NCBI GenBank assembly: GCA_038128265.1
Contig: JAYPJE010000004.1
Span: forward strand, 34,681 to 98,680
Reading direction: 5' to 3'
From: Gemmatimonadota bacterium
Lineage (GTDB): Bacteria > Latescibacterota > UBA2968 > UBA8231
DNA: 64,000 nt
Shown here: positions 59,945 to 64,000 of the stretch, piece after piece
Position numbering within the stretch: position 1 is the stretch's first letter
How the letters are laid out: the number at the start of each line of letters is the position of its first letter
The notes under the pieces: model-generated
What the model was told of the DNA's origin: nothing
Seen by the model: only the letters and a program-made list of their open reading frames with translations
The model's database searches: none
Program-made: the position numbers and the translations under genes

Positions 59945-60529
59945 CTATCCCATCCAGCGCGCGTAGAGCAGGCCAATGGACAGCGCACTGACGCCACTGC
60001 CCAGCGCCAGTCCGGCAGCTACCTGCAGCGGCGTATGCGCCCGCAGGTGCAGACGCGCCCAGGTCACGAGGCCCGCGGCCAGCAGGCAGGGCCAAGCCCG
60101 CTCTAAGCCAAAGGCCAGCAGCAGCAGCCCTGCCGCTCCACCAACGCCAACGCAGTGAATGCTTATTTTCCAGCGCAAATTGACGAAGAATACCATCAGC
60201 GTTGCAGCCGTAAAGCTGATGCCAGCCGCCAGCAGCAGCGTGGGCGCATCGGCGGCATAGAGAGCAAGACTACCCACCCCATAACTGACGGCACCGACCA
60301 GCAGCAGTCCATTGCGCTGCGCGCGCAGGTGGGGATAGAGCGCGTCGATACGCCCCGTTCTCATCATATATAGTATACTCGTGGCCGGCAGAACGGCGTA
60401 GAACAGCACCCCCAGCAGCGCCAAATGTCGATCTTGGGGATAGAGCAAACCCCATCCTCCCCATACGGCAAGGGCCACTCCGGCCGGATTGAGTCCGTGC
60501 GAAACCCAACGAGCAATGTGATGTTGCAT
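59945..60529 (-). CDS. PAP2-superfamily-like membrane protein
   Basis: About 6 TMs; KISIH and WARLHLRAHTPLQV resemble PAP2 motifs C2/C3. Start refined to ATG 60529. Confidence 0.65.
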   Translation of the reverse strand: MQHHIARWVSHGLNPAGVALAVWGGWGLLYPQDRHLALLGVLFYAVLPATSILYMMRTGRIDALYPHLRAQRNGLLLVGAVSYGVGSLALYAADAPTLLLAAGISFTAATLMVFFVNLRWKISIHCVGVGGAAGLLLLAFGLERAWPCLLAAGLVTWARLHLRAHTPLQVAAGLALGSGVSALSIGLLYARWMG

Positions 60530-60603
60530 TGGGAAAACTCCCCTGGTAGCGCTATCCAATATACGCCTGATAGCGCCCTACATCGAATAATCCGAGTTTT
60601 TTC

Positions 60604-60631
60604 TAAAGATTTTTCCCCGTATAGTCGATAG
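60604..60631 (+). promoter_or_regulatory. sigma28 (FliA/SigD)-type promoter TAAA-N16-GTCGATAG
   Basis: Close to the TAAA-N15/16-GCCGATAA consensus and upstream of flagellin. Confidence 0.7.
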
Positions 60632-60857
60632 TAATCGTAAAGATACTAAGTTGTATCTTGTAATATGCTAAGAAATTAAATAGTCTTTTTTAGGACTATA
60701 TTAAGCATAAACAATTTAAAAACATAAACTTGTAATTATAAATTGAGTCGCCAACACCCTCGAACAAGGGGAATGGCGAGCTCGACAAAGGAGGTATAAT
60801 CGCATAAAAAGGCCCGAATGACGGGCCGAGTAAACTAAAAAACAAACACAATTAGAT

Positions 60858-60895
60858 ATCCACATCAAGGATGAACGCATAGGAAACAAGGAGGT
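60858..60895 (+). promoter_or_regulatory. Clustered GGA motifs (candidate CsrA sites) overlapping the flagellin RBS
   Basis: CATCAAGGATG hairpin, CATAGGA and ACAAGGAGG within 40 nt of the start codon. Confidence 0.5.
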
Positions 60896-60900
60896 TTCTA

Positions 60901-62061
60901 ATGCCATTACGCGTCAATAATAACATCGCGGCGATCAACTCGCGCAGGCGGTTGAATGCCAATAACCGAGACTTAAACACTCGCCTAGAGCGCCTGTCTT
61001 CGGGCTTGCGCATCAATCGCGCCGCCGACGATGCCGCTGGTCTTTCAGTCCGCGAAGGTATGCGAGCTGAAATTTCCGGTTTGAAGATGAACGTGCTCAA
61101 CGCCGAGCAGGGGTCTAATCTCCTGCAGGTTGCCGAGGGCTCGCTCAACGAGATCAACGCCATGCTGATTCGCATGCGCGAACTGGCAGTGCAGTCGGCT
61201 TCGAGCACGGTCAACGACTCCAACCGCGAGTCGATTCAGGCCGAATACTCGCAGCTGACGCAGGAAATAGACCGCATTGCGCAGTCTACGACCTATAACG
61301 ACCAGGTGCTGCTCACCGGTTTCGGCAACACCGTCGATGCAGATTCGTCTGCGCTGACGGCGAGCAATGAAACCGGCATCACGGCCGTTAAGATCTCGGG
61401 AGCGTCGACCGGCACGTACAACTTCATCGACGATGAAGACGACAGCGAAATAACGCTGGGCAACGGCACCGTCACGCAGACCATCCGCGTGGCGACCCTA
61501 CTCGACGGCGACGACGTGGCCACCGGCACGACTATCGTGGCCAATTTCGACCGCCTCGGGGTCCAGGTGACGCTGGCCGGCGCCAACGTCAGCAATGCCA
61601 CGGGCAGCTACTCCGATGGCGGCTTGGACGAAAAGCAAATCGTTGTCGAATCGAGCACGGGCGGTTCGTTCCAGGTCGGTCCGGACGACGGCATCAACAA
61701 CCGCATCGAAGTCGGCATTCAGGATATGCGTGCCTCGGGCGCCATACTCAACCTGAATGCGACCTCGGTCGCCACGCTCGACGCATCGCGAGCCTCGATC
61801 ACGCAGATCGACCAGGCCATTTTTAAGGTGTCGAATCAGCGCGGCGATCTGGGTGCCTTCATGAACCGACTGGCATTCACAATCTCGTTCACTGAGAACG
61901 AAATTGAGAATATCCAGAACTCGGAGGCTTCGATCAGCGATGCCGACGTGGCGGCTGAAGTCACGGCCTTCACGCGCTCGCAGATCCTCAGCCAGGCGGC
62001 CACCTCCATGCTGGCTCAGGCCAACGTGGTGCCGCAGACGGCGCTGTCTCTCCTGCAGTAA
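60901..62061 (+). CDS. fliC: Flagellin
   Basis: N-terminal ERLSSGLRINRAADDAAGL and RMRELAVQSA; C-terminal RGDLGAFMNRL, ISDADVA and SMLAQAN..PQTALSLL. Confidence 0.97.
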   Translation: MPLRVNNNIAAINSRRRLNANNRDLNTRLERLSSGLRINRAADDAAGLSVREGMRAEISGLKMNVLNAEQGSNLLQVAEGSLNEINAMLIRMRELAVQSASSTVNDSNRESIQAEYSQLTQEIDRIAQSTTYNDQVLLTGFGNTVDADSSALTASNETGITAVKISGASTGTYNFIDDEDDSEITLGNGTVTQTIRVATLLDGDDVATGTTIVANFDRLGVQVTLAGANVSNATGSYSDGGLDEKQIVVESSTGGSFQVGPDDGINNRIEVGIQDMRASGAILNLNATSVATLDASRASITQIDQAIFKVSNQRGDLGAFMNRLAFTISFTENEIENIQNSEASISDADVAAEVTAFTRSQILSQAATSMLAQANVVPQTALSLLQ

Positions 62062-62082
62062 GCGATACACGGGAAGTAAACG

Positions 62083-62121
62083 AGAGAGGGGCGGGATATT
62101 CCCGCCCCTCTCTTATTTTTT
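62083..62121 (+). terminator. Rho-independent terminator of fliC
   Basis: AGAGAGGGGCGGGA-TAT-TCCCGCCCCTCTCT 14-bp stem followed by TATTTTTT. Confidence 0.85.
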
Positions 62122-62538
62122 GACCCACTTCTTTCCGCTGGCCGACCCGGGATCAGGCGGTCCCTCTTCCCCCTGTAAAACAAAGCCGATAAAGCGCTTT
62201 TCCCCCAGCGTCTTTAAATATTGCAGCAGCGACACCTCAGCCTCTTTCCTATTGAGCTGGTAGGTATCGCTAAGCTTCTCGATCATATCGCCAACCGAGG
62301 TGCGGCCATTGCACATCTGCCAAACTTCGGTGCCCACTTCATCGAGCGTTATTTTGCGCTTCTTGGGGATGTAAAACAGCTTCGAGAGCAGGCGCACTTT
62401 CCACGTTTCCTGACGCACGATGCTAATTTGCACCTCGCCGTCGTCGGTCTTCTCCCACTCAAGCGACTCATTCCGCGTCGGTCGCGACGCCAGCATCGCT
62501 CCCCTGTTTAACTTCGGTTTCTTCGATAAAATGCCCAT
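62113..62538 (-). CDS. Stand-alone PqqD-family (RRE-fold) protein
   Basis: 'ITLDEVGTEVWQMCNGRTSVGDMIEKL...AEVSLLQYLKTLGEKRFI' matches the PqqD winged-helix pattern. Confidence 0.8.
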   Translation of the reverse strand: MGILSKKPKLNRGAMLASRPTRNESLEWEKTDDGEVQISIVRQETWKVRLLSKLFYIPKKRKITLDEVGTEVWQMCNGRTSVGDMIEKLSDTYQLNRKEAEVSLLQYLKTLGEKRFIGFVLQGEEGPPDPGSASGKKWVKK

Positions 62539-63463
62539 GAACTACGGTATCCACTAAGTCTGAGGCCCCGTCGCGCTTGCGATAGAGATGTTCGACGATG
62601 CCTATCTTGTCCAGGTCTTGACGATGCCACACCCGCGCATCGAGAAAGAGGCGCGGGCGCGGGTTGACGAAAGGCAGCGGGCGCAGCAGCTGCCGCCAGC
62701 GGCTGCGCGGACGCCCAACCAAGCGCAATCCGCTGTGCCCTTCAACCGCCTCTGTCGTTATTTCAGTCTGAAAATCGCGCAGCTGCTTTTTAAAGAATGC
62801 CGGGTACCAATTTTCGAGAGCACTTCCCTTGAGTAGGAGGCGTGCCATGCTCAAGCGATGCACGCGGCACTCTTTGCGACCCTGTTCAAAGCGCAGCTGA
62901 ATATGTCCGGATTTGAGTTCGTGTCCGGCCAGAGCGTATTCGGACGACATAAAAAAGCGCAGGCCATACACGCACCACAGGTACTGTTCGGCATCGGCCT
63001 CGTCGCGCAGCGAACGAAATATGCGCTCGACTACATCGCCCAGATCTTCGCCGCGATGGGCCAGCACGCGCAGCAGCACGACGCGCTGAGTAGCGACAAA
63101 GCGCATGGCCAAGTTATAGGCGCGAAAATCCGCATCCCAGGTAAAAAGCTCGTAGTCGTATCCCTCTAACCACTGCTTTTCTTTCAGAATGCGCGCGCGA
63201 CGCTGCACCTCGAAACCCGCGCCCGCCTTGTCCGCCTTTTTCCGCAAACCCTCTAAATAGCGATCGACGAGTTCGCCCAGCGGCACGCTCACCTCGCGCC
63301 CCTTGAGCTTGCGCCATTCGACCTCGGCGCGCACGATTTCGGCATCGTCGAGGCGCGCATAGCCCTTTTCCGCATCGCCGTCGACGCGGCCCAAATTCCA
63401 GTCGGCCGGCACGCTCAGACGCAGCCCCTGCCAACCGAACTCTTCCCAGCGATCCTCGGCCAT
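62468..63463 (-). CDS. Hypothetical cytoplasmic protein with internal duplication
   Basis: Two related starts, FGWQGLRLSVPADWNL and WCVYGLRFFMSSEYAL. Abuts the upstream stop (TAAATG). Confidence 0.7.
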   Translation of the reverse strand: MAEDRWEEFGWQGLRLSVPADWNLGRVDGDAEKGYARLDDAEIVRAEVEWRKLKGREVSVPLGELVDRYLEGLRKKADKAGAGFEVQRRARILKEKQWLEGYDYELFTWDADFRAYNLAMRFVATQRVVLLRVLAHRGEDLGDVVERIFRSLRDEADAEQYLWCVYGLRFFMSSEYALAGHELKSGHIQLRFEQGRKECRVHRLSMARLLLKGSALENWYPAFFKKQLRDFQTEITTEAVEGHSGLRLVGRPRSRWRQLLRPLPFVNPRPRLFLDARVWHRQDLDKIGIVEHLYRKRDGASDLVDTVVHGHFIEETEVKQGSDAGVATDAE

Positions 63464-64000
63464 TTAGAACAGGAGCACGGAGACCGACTTCTGAATCAGC
63501 GCGATGCCGACGGAAGCCATACCCATTAGGGCCATTCCGCAGGCAAAACCCACCGCTAGGATCGGCGCGTACTGGCGCCACTGCTGGCGTCCATACTTGT
63601 TCCAGAAATAGTAGCGCGCCAGCAGGGCACCGATCACCTCGGTGACGATAAAGTGCGGCAAAACCGTCAGCGAGCGCACAAATCCGAAGATGAGCAGCAC
63701 GGGCAACCCCAGCACGGAGAGCAGCACAAAACTGACGATGCCAAATCCCGCACCGATGGCTATGACCTCGGGCTTGAGCGCACGGAACAGCCACGGCTCA
63801 TCGGTCGAGCGCTGGATCCACGACGAGGTGAATAATGGGTCGGTGTCGACCTCAAAATAGTAGTGCCAGCCGGTTGGAACCGCCGCATCGGCGCGCACCA
63901 CCAGCGTCGGACGCGGATCGCGCACCACGGCATCCATCGCCGGTCCGAGCGCCCCGAGCGCCGGCAGACCGCCAACGATTTCCTCGCTGGGATCGCTGGC
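63464..64000 (-). CDS. C-terminal part of a polytopic membrane protein (OPT-like 'peptide transporter'), 5'-truncated by window edge
   Basis: The frame stays open to 64000 (ASDPSEEIVGGLPALGALGPAMD...). C-terminal TMs end 'WRQYAPILAVGFACGMALMGM'. Confidence 0.6.
   Translation of the reverse strand, partial: ASDPSEEIVGGLPALGALGPAMDAVVRDPRPTLVVRADAAVPTGWHYYFEVDTDPLFTSSWIQRSTDEPWLFRALKPEVIAIGAGFGIVSFVLLSVLGLPVLLIFGFVRSLTVLPHFIVTEVIGALLARYYFWNKYGRQQWRQYAPILAVGFACGMALMGMASVGIALIQKSVSVLLF

Overview
A GC-rich, gene-dense bacterial chromosome segment. TolC, MlaC and lipoproteins point to a diderm, and flagellin plus a MotE-like gene suggest it is flagellated; the taxon cannot be determined from the window alone. 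It holds about 50 CDSs and one tRNA-Gly(GCC). I found no rRNA, CRISPR array, integrase or transposase. Housekeeping genes include metG, a divergent uvrA-like gene, a class A PBP, rlmN, larC, glgB, recD2, a split dppABC and fliC. The most notable block is a divergent 10-gene cluster at 13164-25996. It has two cytidylyltransferase + CDP-alcohol phosphotransferase pairs, two different flippases, TolC, an MlaC-DUF3047 fusion, MlaC and an MMPL/RND transporter, and looks like an uncharacterised system for lipid head-group synthesis and trans-envelope lipid export. Other highlights: (1) a ~300-nt structured transcript with its own promoter and terminators and a 15-nt anti-16S Shine-Dalgarno in front of a 12-aa ORF (2405-2776); (2) two paralogous TM/coiled-coil genes flanking the PBP gene; (3) a TsdA/SoxA-like diheme cytochrome; (4) a Thermus-like MetRS; (5) a DprE1/DprE2-like pair; (6) an OPT-like transporter / duplicated-domain protein / stand-alone PqqD module cut off by the right edge. 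All family calls come from motif recognition by eye; no database searches were run.
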